From the NCBI GenBank assembly GCA_023920165.1, contig CP089275.1, positions 1,736,001 through 1,800,000 on the forward strand: a DNA stretch of 64,000 nt, in the 5' to 3' direction. The notes beneath the pieces were generated by a model that did not search any database, had not been told where the DNA came from, and was given only the letters and a program-made list of their open reading frames with translations. Both the position numbers and the translations under genes were made by a program. Positions 23,501-35,500 of the stretch are shown here, in pieces. The DNA is from Curvularia clavata (Eukaryota). Numbering within the stretch: position 1 is the first letter of the stretch; each line of letters opens with the position of its first letter.

Positions 23501-26500
23501 GGTGACGGCTTCGACGCTGCGGCTGTTCCCCTGCCCGAAGACAAAGTCGACGACGAGCTCTTTGCGCCTCTCGAGCTTCGTGCCGAGAAAGCCGGTTCTG
23601 CTGGACTGATTGCGGAAGATATTGCGGTCACGCCTGTACCGAAGGAGGAGCCGACGGTGGTTGAACCACCAGTGGAGAGCACTATTGAAGCCAAAGACGT
23701 AGTCTCTCCACCCGCGGAGCCTGTGCAACTTGAGCAGCAGGCCGGACCAGAACCTAGTCAAGCACCAGAGGCTTCGCTCGTCGACGTTGAGGAAGCTGCC
23801 TCTTCCAAGAAGGACAAGAAGAAGAAGAAGAGCAAGAAGGAAAAGGCTTTGATCAAGGAGCCTAGCACGCCAACTTCTGAGGTTCTTGCTGATGTTCCAC
23901 CTGTCGAGCAGAAGCCAGAGCAGGCCGAGACTGAGCGTTCCATTGACAATGTAGAATCCATCCGAGATGTAGGCCCTCAGGGGCCTCAGCCTTTGCCTGC
24001 CGACAACGAAGCACCACCCACCATTGACTCCATCCCTGAGCCTTCTCAGCAAGCTACGCCACTACCAGAGGAACCCTCGACGCCCTCAAAGAAATCCAAG
24101 AAAAAGAAGGGCAAAAAGAGCAAAGCCGAAGACGACGTGCCCACCACACCCACCACCGAACTCTCTCGCGAACTAGAGCCCGTTGCCGAACCCACGCCAG
24201 CCTCTGAGCCCAGCGTCCCTGCATCAGAACAAATCGCACACGCTGAACCCGCTCTCGAAGCCATCCCAGAGCCCATTGCCTCTATCTCCCCAAAATCATC
24301 TGCCGCAGCGCCTGTGCTGTCCGAAGAAGTCGTACCGGAACCGGTTCTGGTCCCGGTTGAGCACAGCGAGGAGCCGCTTGCCGCGTTGGAAGAAGAACTC
24401 GCGACGCCGTCTAAGAAGTCGAAGAAGAAAAAAAAGGGAGTCAAGAAGGATGAGGCGGGTGACGCGAAACCTGAGGAAGAAGAGACAGTGAAGGTGGAGA
24501 CGACAGTGCCTGCTGCTGAGTTAGTGGCGCTTCCTGACGGTGATGACAGGGATTTGGAAGAACCGGCGAGGGAAGAGAAGGTTGAGACTGTTGAGGATGA
24601 GATTACTCAGAGGGTCCCTGAGCAAGTGGTTCTTCCTTTGACGGACGATAGGGATTTAGATGAGCCGGTTGCGGAGTTGGTGGCTCTTCCTGAGGGCGAT
24701 GACAAGGACCTGGTCGAGCCTGTCCAGGTGGAGTCTACCATGCCTCCTGCTGAGCTTGTCGCTCTCCCCGAGGGGGATGACAAGGACTTGGAGGAAGTCG
24801 CTCCCACCCCGCAGGTCGAAGCCCCTCGGGAGTACCCTCTCGTTCCCGAAGCCGATGTCAATGCCTCCGATGCTCAGGCAGAGCCTACTCAAGACACCTC
24901 CACCCCTGTGGTACCAGTCGCACCGGTTGTTGAAGCCGACCCAACTGAACCAGCCCCGAAGAAGAGCAAAAAGAAGAAGGGCAAGAAGGGGAAATCCATG
25001 GACACTACCACTGAGCCAAGCACACCGGTTACTGAGGAGCCTGTCCCACAGTTCGACAACGTTACTGAACCCGCCAAAGATGAGAGCATTGTCCACGAGA
25101 CGGCGGCTTCTTCTTCGCGCGATATGCCTAGTGCGACATTCGATGCTGAACCTTCTTCCGCCAAGCTTGCTGAAGTTGAAGGCCCCGAGGCTTCGTCTGA
25201 AGATAAGAAGGGAAAGATTGTCCAAGACGCTGGGGTCGAAGAACGTTCGCTGCCTGCCTTTAGTGATCTGTCCAGGGAGATTCCAGACGTTTCAGCTACC
25301 GATTCCGTCGTACGAGAAAGTCCCCTTGAGATCAAACCGGACGAGAAGGCGACTTTCGAGGCTCATCCAGAGCAGCTTGCTCCACAGGAGTCGTCATCTG
25401 CAGAAGCCGGTCCACATCCGGAGCCAAGTTCATCTGAAATCCCAGCAGAGGCCGACGCATCTACCACTGTGCCCCTACCGGAATCGCCGAAACTGGAGGC
25501 ATCTACCGGTGCTGACGAGGTCGTTACAACACCTAAAAAGGGTAAGAAGAAGAGGAAAGATAAAAAGAGCGAGTCGACGTCTGAGGGCCAGCCTCTGGTG
25601 ATCGACTCAGCAAATGCCTCTTCGGAAAACACCGACACTCTTCAACCTAGCGTTGCTTCGACTGAACAGCCAATCCCCCAGGAAACCGTATTTGAGCCTA
25701 CTTTCGAGTCTCTAGACAACGCAGGCGAGGAAGTTGTCCCGGAACAAACGTTGTCCGTCCCAGTTGCGCCAGAACAAGGTCCACAGGAAACTCGTGAGGT
25801 GGCAGAGGTCGAGCCTGTTGCTCAAGACTCTGTTGTAGACAAGGTTACCGAAGAAGCTGCTGCACCACTTTCGAAGAAAGACAAGAAGAAGGCCAAGAAG
25901 GCTAAGAAGGCAGCTGAGGCGGAGGCTGCTGCTGCTGCCTCTGTCGAAGAGCCCGTAGCGTCTTCTGCTCTCGATGCACCCCGCCAAGATCCTGTCACAG
26001 AGGCACACAGGGACGTCGTGGAGATGCCAGATTCGCAGTCTGCGCCTGTTGATATTACGGACCGCGAGGCTGTACTGCCAATCGCCACATCATCTCACAT
26101 TGACGACACTTTGCCTGTTGCACCGAAGGCTGAGAACGAGACTGTGGTTGCTGAACAACCTGAGGCCGAATCTCGCGAAGCAGATAAGGAGATGCAGGAG
26201 TCAGTTACCGATGTGCCACAGCAAATCGAGGAGTTGCAGGACCGGTCGAATGTACCCGCACCAACGTCGGATGGCGTTGAAGAGAAGCAGACTGCTTTGG
26301 AAACACCTGCGGAACTCGATGTCGCGACTGCCATTGAACTTCCTGAATCTGTCCCCGGAACGCCGGTTGTGGAGGAGGTTTCATTCCCTGAGCATGAGAC
26401 CCCGGCGCCTGTGGTCACCAGTGAGCCAGCAGTTGAAGTACAGCCTGCTGAGAAGTCACACGCCATTGAAGAACCTGCAATTGAGCAACAACCTGTTCAG

Positions 26501-29500
26501 GAACCTCTCGAGGAGCCTGCTTCTCCTGTCTCTAAGAAGGATAATAAGAAGGCCAAGAAAGCTAAGCGCGTCTCGATTGCTGAAGAAGCTACTCCCGTGT
26601 CTGTTGAAGAGAAGCCTCAACCAGTGGTTGATGAACAAGCCGTTTTCACGCCTGTGCCTACTGAGGCAATCTCTGAACCCTCTGAAGCTGATGTATCGGC
26701 TCCTGCTATGCCTGCTCTTGTTGAGGAGCAGGAGCACGAGGCTGCGCCAATTCAAGAACCCGCTCAGCCTGAAGCTGTGGCCGAGGAGACAGCGACTGTG
26801 TCAAAGAAGGATAAGAAGAAGGCGAAGAAAGCGAAGCGTGCTTCTATCGCGGAGTCTGAAAATATGTCTTCCATTCCGACCGATGAGCCCAGCAAAGAGC
26901 TCGCAGAGGAGACAAAAGAGGTACCCTCGGTTGCATCAGAGCCAGTCACACCGGCCACTGTGTCCGAGACCGAAAAACAAGACACCACTATGACTCCTTC
27001 TGAAGAGCCCTCATCTGCTGCTCCCGTGGTAGAGGAGCCTGTTGTGCAAGCTGTAGAAGAGGAGACTGCTCCGATGTCGAAGAAGGACAAGAAGAAAGCA
27101 AAGAAGGCTGCCAAGCGTGCTTCGACTGTCGAGGCCGAGGCTTCTGAGCCTTCGGCTACCGTCGAGCAGCCGGTTGAGGAGTCCAAGGATGTCTTTGTGA
27201 GCGAGATGCAGCCTCCTACGCCGAGCGTACAAGAGGAGATTGCTACTGCAGCGCCATCGGATGAGCAAGTCCCTTTAGCGGTTCCTAGTGAACCGCTGAC
27301 ATCGGCCGATGAGACCCTTGAACGCAATTTGGACGCCCCAGAGGCCCCTACCGAAGCCGGCATTAAGGACGAAGAGCCGACTTTCATCAGCAAGGAGGAG
27401 GCGCCAATGGAGCAGGAGCAACCAACGAACGCCGCTTCTCTGCCTGAGCCTGCAGCTGAAATACCGTCTTCCAGCACTCCTACACGATTGGATTCAGGTG
27501 TTGCAACTCCTTCAACGCAAGCGAGAGAGGAGGATGTGGCAGAGCCAGCGGAATGGGCCGGCCTGTCGAAGTCGGCAAAGAAGAAACTCAAGAAGGCAAA
27601 GCGTGCTTCTCTCGCTGCGAGTGAGCCGTCTCAACCAGAGGCTAGTGTCGAGCGTGCATTGAACGAGCCCTCTGCTGCTGAGCAGTCTACAATTCCACCA
27701 GCCACAGACGAGCCTGTCACTGGACAGGAGTCCGTACAAGAGCAACCACAGCCCTCGACTTCAACTGATGCGCCAACGAGTGGTCCGTCCTCAACTGAGG
27801 AGCAGGCTATGACCGGTGCTGCGCCCGACGAACCCGCAAACGATGACAAACCCCCTGACAAACAGCCGGATGAGCCTCCTCCCTCGTCGAAAAAGGACAA
27901 GAAAAAGGCGAAGAAGCAGGCTAAGAAGAACGAGTCTTTTTTAGCGGATGAGACGTCTGAGGCAGCCAACTCTGATACTCAGCCGTCTCTGTCGATTCCT
28001 ACACTTTCGGAGACCCAACTACCTTTCTCGGAGATACCGCCCTCATATCTCCAACCTTTTGCGAATGAGCTTGTTGACACTGGTGTTGTGATGAAGGAGG
28101 AGAGTGGAGATGTGGAGAGGAGTGGGGAGAAAGTGGAAGACGTGATCCAAGAGAAGCCTGAAGAGACGAACAAAGATGTTGCTGTCGAGCCTAGCGAGCA
28201 AGAGCCTGTGGCTGTGAAAGAGGAGGTTGTGGAGCCGAACGTTGATGATGTGACTGAAAAGGCGAAGGAAGAGTCTGCTGGCGAACAAGCAGCTGCGTCG
28301 GCTTCACATCAAGAGCCTATCACTGAGGATGCTGAGCTTTCGACCGTAGAGAAGGGTCCTGAGATCGAGAAGCAGGAACCAGTGGTTAAAGAGCCAGCTT
28401 CCGAGATGCCTACTGCGATCGCTGTGCCCGATCCTCTTATTACTGAACCAACGCCAACAGTAGAGGTTGAGCCAGCCACTTCCGAGGAAGCTTCTGTCTT
28501 GCCCCGAGTATCTCAAGACGAACCCACTGTTGCAGTCGATGACGTATCGACTCCGGCAGCAGCCCGACAATTGCAAGAAGAGACAAAGGAGGCTTCGGAG
28601 GAGGCCACTACAGTGCCCATAGTGCAGCCGGTCGAAGCTGTGGCTGAAGTCAAGGACAAGGCATCTAGCTCATCGAAGAAGAAAAAGAAGAAGGACAAGA
28701 AGAGCAAGCGCGCCTCTACTATCGATGAGCTGGTGCAGGAAACGAGCGTTCCAGAGCCTGAGCGCGACGTTGTTCCACACGAACAACCCGGCAAGGACAC
28801 TGTGGCTCCAGAACCTGAGAAGTCCCTCGTCTCAGAGGTTAAGGACGTGAAGCCTATTGAGAATGTTGCACGTACCGAAAACGAAATTGTTCAGCCGTCT
28901 GAGCCCGAAGCCGCCGACAAGCCTGTCGAGACTACCGTGACTTCTGAAGTCGTGGAAGAAAAGACTCCTGTTGTTGTAAAAGAGGGCCTTACCGACGCAG
29001 CTACACAGCCCGAGACTGCTACACCGATACCTGGTCCTATCAGTGAAGTGACTATTGTCGATCCCGCGCCTGAAGTCGCTGATCGTAGCATCGACAATGT
29101 GGAAATATCTGATCCTGTTCCCGCAGAGACACAGCAGCTACCAGAGCCGATTGTCGAAGAGCCAACTTCTCCCAAGAAAAGCAAGAAGAAGAGCAAGAAG
29201 GCTAAACAGCAAGCTCAGAGTGTGGCACTTGTTGAGACTATCCCTGAAGTCCATACTCCGGAGCCACAAGCAGAGGCTAGCGTCCAGCTTGAGCCAAGTC
29301 TACAGAACGAGGAGCTGGTCAACCAGCCTCAGTCTTCTCGCGAGATTGTCGGAGAGGTCGTGCCTGAACAGTCACAGAAGGTTGAGGATGTCGAGCCTAC
29401 CGTTTCCGCGCCTCTCGAGGCAGCGCCTGATATGCAGCCAATGCCAGTCGAACACGAACACCCTCTCCCGACATCTGACGAAACAGTACGGTTTTCAACG

Positions 29501-32500
29501 CCCATCGCCGATGTTTCAGTGCCCACTGAGTCTCGAGAAGTCGTATCTGAGCAGCCAGAGCCAATTCAGCCTGTCTTGGAGACTCCCACTGAACCTCAGA
29601 CACCCATTGAGGAGCTCGCAGAGCCAGTGCTTTCAAAGAAGGACAAGAAAAAGGCAAAGAAGGCCAAGAAACAAGCTGAGGCTGTCATACCAGTTGAGGT
29701 GCTTCCAAATGTTGAGCAGAAGCCAGAAGAGGTTCAACTTGCGGCTGTTGAAGACGTCGCAGAGGCATCCAATACGGTGGAATCGAAGCCTGAACCAGAA
29801 ACGACCTCCGAACCTGCCCAGGTCGCTTCGGAAGTGGCTTTGCCAGAAGAAAGTGTGACCGATACGCCAGCTGAAGCTATTGGCGATCGACTTGTCCCAG
29901 AACCCGCGCCTGAGTCCGCATCGGAGGCTGTACCTGTCAACACAATCGAAGCCGAAGAACTTTCGACTCCGACCGCAGAGCCCGAGACTCCCCTGAACGC
30001 TGCGCCTCTTTCCAAAAAGGACAAGAAGAAAGCCAAGAAGGCCAAATCAAAGGCTTTGGAAACCACCGCTCCTGAAGTCGAGTCGGAACCCGCCCCTCAA
30101 GTCGAAGAATCGCGTGAACGCGGTCCCACAGAGGCTAGCGAAAAAGCGGTCCTCTTAGAAGCTGCGGCAGTGCCTTTGCCTCAAGAAGAGCCTGTTACAG
30201 AGGCTGTGCGCGACGATGGATCACTCATGGTATCTATCCCTGCCAGCAGCTCTGATCATCTGACGTCTCACACTGAGGATGTGCCAGTAGTGCTACCAGA
30301 CACCGCGCCAGAGCCTGTCGTCGAGCAGCCGAGCGAAGTAGCACAGCCCGAGGTTGTGCTGACCGATGTGCCGCAAGAAGCTTCTGCTGTGGAGGAGGCG
30401 CGTGTGAGCGGTACAGTCATGGATGCTGTGAGCGATGTTCCTCAGCAGGAGGTTGTTGAAGAGTCGCACCAGATTGAGCCTGAGCAAGTCGTCGCTCCAC
30501 TAGAAGAGCCAGGTTCTCCTTCGGTTTCGAAGAAGAAGAACAAGAAGGCAGAGACTGTGACGCCGGTTGTTGAAGCGGCGCCTGAGGCGAAATTAGCCGT
30601 CGTCGCGACGCCAACTGTAGATGAAGCTCCTTCTACCGTTGCTGAGCAGGGTCCTGTTGCGTCGGCCGTGGATGACCAGCCTACTGTTCAAGACATCGAG
30701 GTCCCTCAAGAGGTTGTCATCGCTCCAGAAGAGACTGTACTCGCGCCTGTCGCTGAGTCGGAACGCATGCTCAGCGAGCAGAGCCCTGCACCAACCCAAA
30801 CCGAGACGACACTTGCTCAAGACGTCAATCAGGAGGCCCCTGTGGAAGAACCCGTCCTCGATCGCAAGCTCAGCAAGAAGGAAAAGAAGAAGGCGAAGAA
30901 GCAAGCAGCTGCTCTCAGTTCGGAGCCCATTGTTGAGAGCGACCCTGTAGTCAAGCCTGTAGCTGCGCCCGCGACTGAATCTTCTGCGGTTCCTGATGTC
31001 GACGAACCGACGGTGACTGAAGATGTTCAGCAAACAGTTCTGGAGGAGCCGCCTACAGTCCAGGATCCTCTTCCTGTACCTGAGGCTAAGGAAGACGTGC
31101 TGGAGCGTGTGATCGAGAGCGAGCCTGCAGTCCAGTCTATCGCCGAGCCCACGACTGAGCCCCATGTGGTTCCCAGTGTCAACGAACCCGTTGTAGCCGA
31201 ACAAGCTCAGCAACCGTCTCTATCAGAACAGTTTACTGTCCAGGATTCTTCCTCTGCGCCTGAAGCCAAGCGAGACGTATCGGAGCGTACAATCGAAAGC
31301 TCAGTTGAGCCTCAATCTCAGGATCTTGACTGGGAAGACGCCGCAGCCCTTGCTCCTAAGAAGTCCAAGAAGGCGAAGAAAGACAAGAAGAGGAAGACGG
31401 AGACCGTCACGCTTGATGTGCCCGAGGACTCTGCTGCCAAGCATTTCGACTTCCCTGAGCCAACACAAGCACCGGAGGCATTGGAAGTAGAGCCTAAGAT
31501 CGATGAGCCTGAATTGCAGCCATCCACTACTCTTCCGGAACAGACCAGCGCTATCCCAGCTCTTGATGAGCAACCCAAGGAGACTGAAGCCGATTTGCTG
31601 CAACATGAGCAACCCAATCCTACTGCTATCGAAGCTCCAACACAACCTGAGCAACCTGAACAGCCGGCGCCATCAGTTGAGGCGGAGCTCCCTGCATTGC
31701 CAGAGAGTACTCCCATGGAAGACGTTCAGCTAAGAGACTATGTTGTTCCTGAGAGTCTAGATCAGTCTTCAGCACCACCTGTGATTGATTCTGTCGAGGA
31801 ACCCCTCCCTCAAGAACACGTCCCAACTGCCATTCCCGCCGAAGAGATCATTACTGGACTTCCGCAATCCACGGAAGCCGAGCCAGCCCCCGTTCCATCT
31901 ACTTCTGAGGCTGCTAAACCTGCGAGCGAACTCCAACCACCCGTGGATATCCCTGGACACGAGACTGAAGTCGTTTTGGACTCTTCTCCGGCTAAGAAAT
32001 CGAAAAAGGACAAGAAGAAGAAAAAGAAGAGTGTCTCCACATCTGACAGTACTCTGCCAAATGAAGCTTCTGAATCGGCCACAGTCAAGGAGGATCAGGA
32101 GACAAGCATCGTTCCTCCGGAACCTGTTGAGCAGATCCAAAGCCAGCCAAGTGCTGTTGAGCCAGTCGTTCCGCAAGAGTCTATCGCGCCTGAAGTTACT
32201 CTAGAAGAGCCAGCGCGAGAGGTTCTTGATGTGCCCGTGAGTGAAGGGTTGGGTCAGCAGCTTGAACGAGAACTACCCAAAGCTGAAAATCTACCACTGG
32301 TCTCTTCTTCAGCGGAAGAGGACAAGACAACTGAAAAGGCGACTACAGAAACTCATGAGAAGGCACACGCGCCATCTGCAGCTGTCAACGAGGTTCAAAT
32401 TGCTGTTCCTGAAGAGAAGACTATCCAACCAGACCAACCAACCTCTTCTCCTACTCTAGAAAGCACATCAGCTGTTGAGCAAGCTAAGATCGAAACCTCA

Positions 32501-35500
32501 CCCGATGTCGACGAAACGCCAACGCAAGACATCTCTCGCGATATCAGTCAAGTCCCTTCGTCTCCAGCCCAACCCAACGAACCCCAGCCAGCCCCTCAAG
32601 ACACCACCATCCCAGCGCCCGAACTCTCCCCATCGCTCCAGGCCATCCGCTCCGAAGCAGCCGACCTCCGCCTCCGCTCTGAAGCACTCGACACGAAACT
32701 TGCTTCAGAAGAGAAGCGTGCAGGTCCCTCTACCACTACTACGACCACCACTGGCTCTTCTTTGATCCTCGACATGCTTAACAAACTCAAGCAAGAAAAG
32801 AAGGCCAAGAAGGCGAGAAAGAGCAAAAGCATCTCCGACTCTGTACCGACGACTCCTGCAGCTGAGGCTGCGGTTGAGACGAAAGAAGGGGTTGTTGAGA
32901 AGTCTGCTGTTCTTACGAAGCCTGAAGTTGAGGAGCCTGTGAAAATTGAGGAGCTTGCCAAGACTGAGGAGCCTGTGGTTGCAGAGCCTGTGGTTGCAGA
33001 TGCGCCTATCCGGGAGCAGAGCAAGAAGGAGGAGGTGGACAAGGCAGAGAAGGCTGTGCTGGGCGAAGACGAGCCAGTCGTCCAGCGGTCCATCGAGGAA
33101 CCGCCTCTTGCTTCTGAGCCACAGATTGCGGACATCGAGCAATCCGACTCTCCAAAGCTGGCGACGGTTGACGCTAAGCCTGAAGTCCCGTCGACTGTCG
33201 AAGAGAGCATCCACGAAGCAGTTATCGAGGAGCCATCTACGCCATCGAAGAAGCGTGGGAAGAAAGACAAGAAGGCTAAGAAGACAGAAACCGTCGAGGT
33301 TGTCCCATCCGTTCAGCCTGAGATGACTGAGTCTACCACTTCAAACGAGGTTCGTGAAGCGTCGCTACCCGATTACGGAACAGCTGTCCCAGCGCCAGTT
33401 TCCGTACCAGAAGAGCTCTCTGCCCCTAGTGCCATCGTTGAGCCTGAGACCATCATCGAGCAAGTGCCTTCACCCAAACTCCAAGAGTCCACGGTGAAGG
33501 AGACAGTGTCTGAGTCAACACCAGAAGCAACGCCTACCGGTGAATGGCAAGATAGGAATGTTCCAGATGTGACAACACTTACCGAAGAGATTGCGGAACA
33601 ACAGCCCTCAATGGATCGAAGCCTAGCTACAGGGCCAGAGCCGGTTGCTTCTTCTACTCTAGAACATGAGGAGATCAAGACAGAGGAGCAGCCTGTGATC
33701 GAGACCCCTATCGTCGCCGAGCCCGCTCCGCAAACACCCCTGTTGTCGACTGCAGCAGACGTTCAGCCCGAGGTCTCAGTTGAAGTTGAACCTCAAGCCC
33801 CTGCGGCTTTAACTGAGACTGTACCTGAAGCTGAAGCTGCTCCAAAGAAGACTAAGAAGCAGAAGCGCAAGTCAGAATCTGCTACAGGCACTTCAGAGTC
33901 TTCCAGTACTCAGCGAGAGGTTTTGCGCGAAGCAAAGGCGGCTGAGCCAGCTGTTGGAAACGATGCAGAGGTAGACTCACGCCGCGAAGAACCCCAGGCA
34001 CAGAACTTGCCTGACAAGATCGAACGACGCCTTTCTTCGCCTCAGGTTGTTCTCAAAGAGCCAAGTGTGCCTGTCGTATCTCCGGACCCTATCAAGGAAA
34101 TGAGCGCCGCGGTACCAGAACCCAAGTTAGCATCTACCACCATTGCTGCTCCAGTCGTGCCCGCTCCAGTCCCTGTTCAAGTCCCCGAAATGACTCAACC
34201 GCCAACGCTCCATAAGAAACCATCCAGGAAACACAAGCTAGCAGCACTGTTTGAGAGCGGTCAAACGCAGGGAAGTCCAAGCACTGAGCGCAGCCTACGC
34301 AGGGAAGGATCGGGAAGTGTCAAGAATCTCGCTGAGCAGTATGAGAATCAGGCTCGGGCGACAACACCCGTACTGCCTCCCTCTCCTGTGAAGCGCTCCC
34401 TTTCCCCCGAGAAACGTTCTTTCTCGCCGGAGAAGCGTTCTTTATCACCCGAGAAACACTCCATGTCACCCGAAAGGCGCCCTCTATCCCCTGAGAAGCG
34501 GCACTTTTCTCGAGTTCTGTCCCGCAGTCAGCTAGGCCCCGGATCACCGGAAAGATCGGATTCGAAGTCGCCGGCAAGAGAGATTGATTTCGCAGCCACT
34601 GTCGCCGCAAGTCTGCAAGAGTCTGGCTTTGATCCTGGATACGTGATCAATGACAGATCTTTCCATCGCTCAAATTCGATCCCAAGCAACCGCGACATCT
34701 CCCCAGATGACGACGTGTTTGCGGCAAAGGAGAGGGCTAGCAGATCCCGGCTTGGAAGCTTGAGTCGTTCTTCGTCAGCCTCTGGTTCACCAAAGATCCG
34801 GCCAACTCGACCTGTCCAGCCTGAGGTTCTACCACCTATCGAAGTAGCCATGGGATCTGCACCTGCTGCCTCTTTCGATCCGTTGGATGTCCTCAACGAC
34901 CCGGTTTTCTCATCAAGGAGGTCGCCTCCCGGTGTGCTTGAGGAAGCCGACCCCGATGAACTCGCCGCTTCTTCATCGCTAAGGAAAAACAGGGGAAACA
35001 AGAAGCGCAAGCCTTTGGCACAGACGCCACCAGAAATCGCCCCGATCAACGTGGAGGAAGAAGGCTCGGTTGCGCCAACGAAACGAGGCAAAAAACTAAG
35101 AAAGGACGAGGAACAAGCTACGCTTCTGCAGGATAGTGTTGAGTATGCAGCTGCGAGAACTCCGGTGATTGAGACTCTCCCAGATGTGTCTCTTGCTGTT
35201 GAGACTCCGGCTGACTCCACTGTTCGAGAAGCGAAGCTTGGTCAGTCCTTGCCTGTGATGTCAACTGAGACTTCTGATCTCTCGGAAAGTCAGACAAAAG
35301 GGAAGGCCAAGGCAAATGAAGCCCAGGATGATAAGGATGAGCAGTCAAGGAAGAGGAGTTCGAAGGTAAAGAAAGAGAAGTCTAAGCAGGAAGATATCGA
35401 TGGCAAACGGCAAGTAACGGAGGACTCGCCCAGGCTGCCTATCACGTTTGAACAAGATCCACGATCGATTACCAAGGCAGAGCGGGAAGAGTACCCATTC

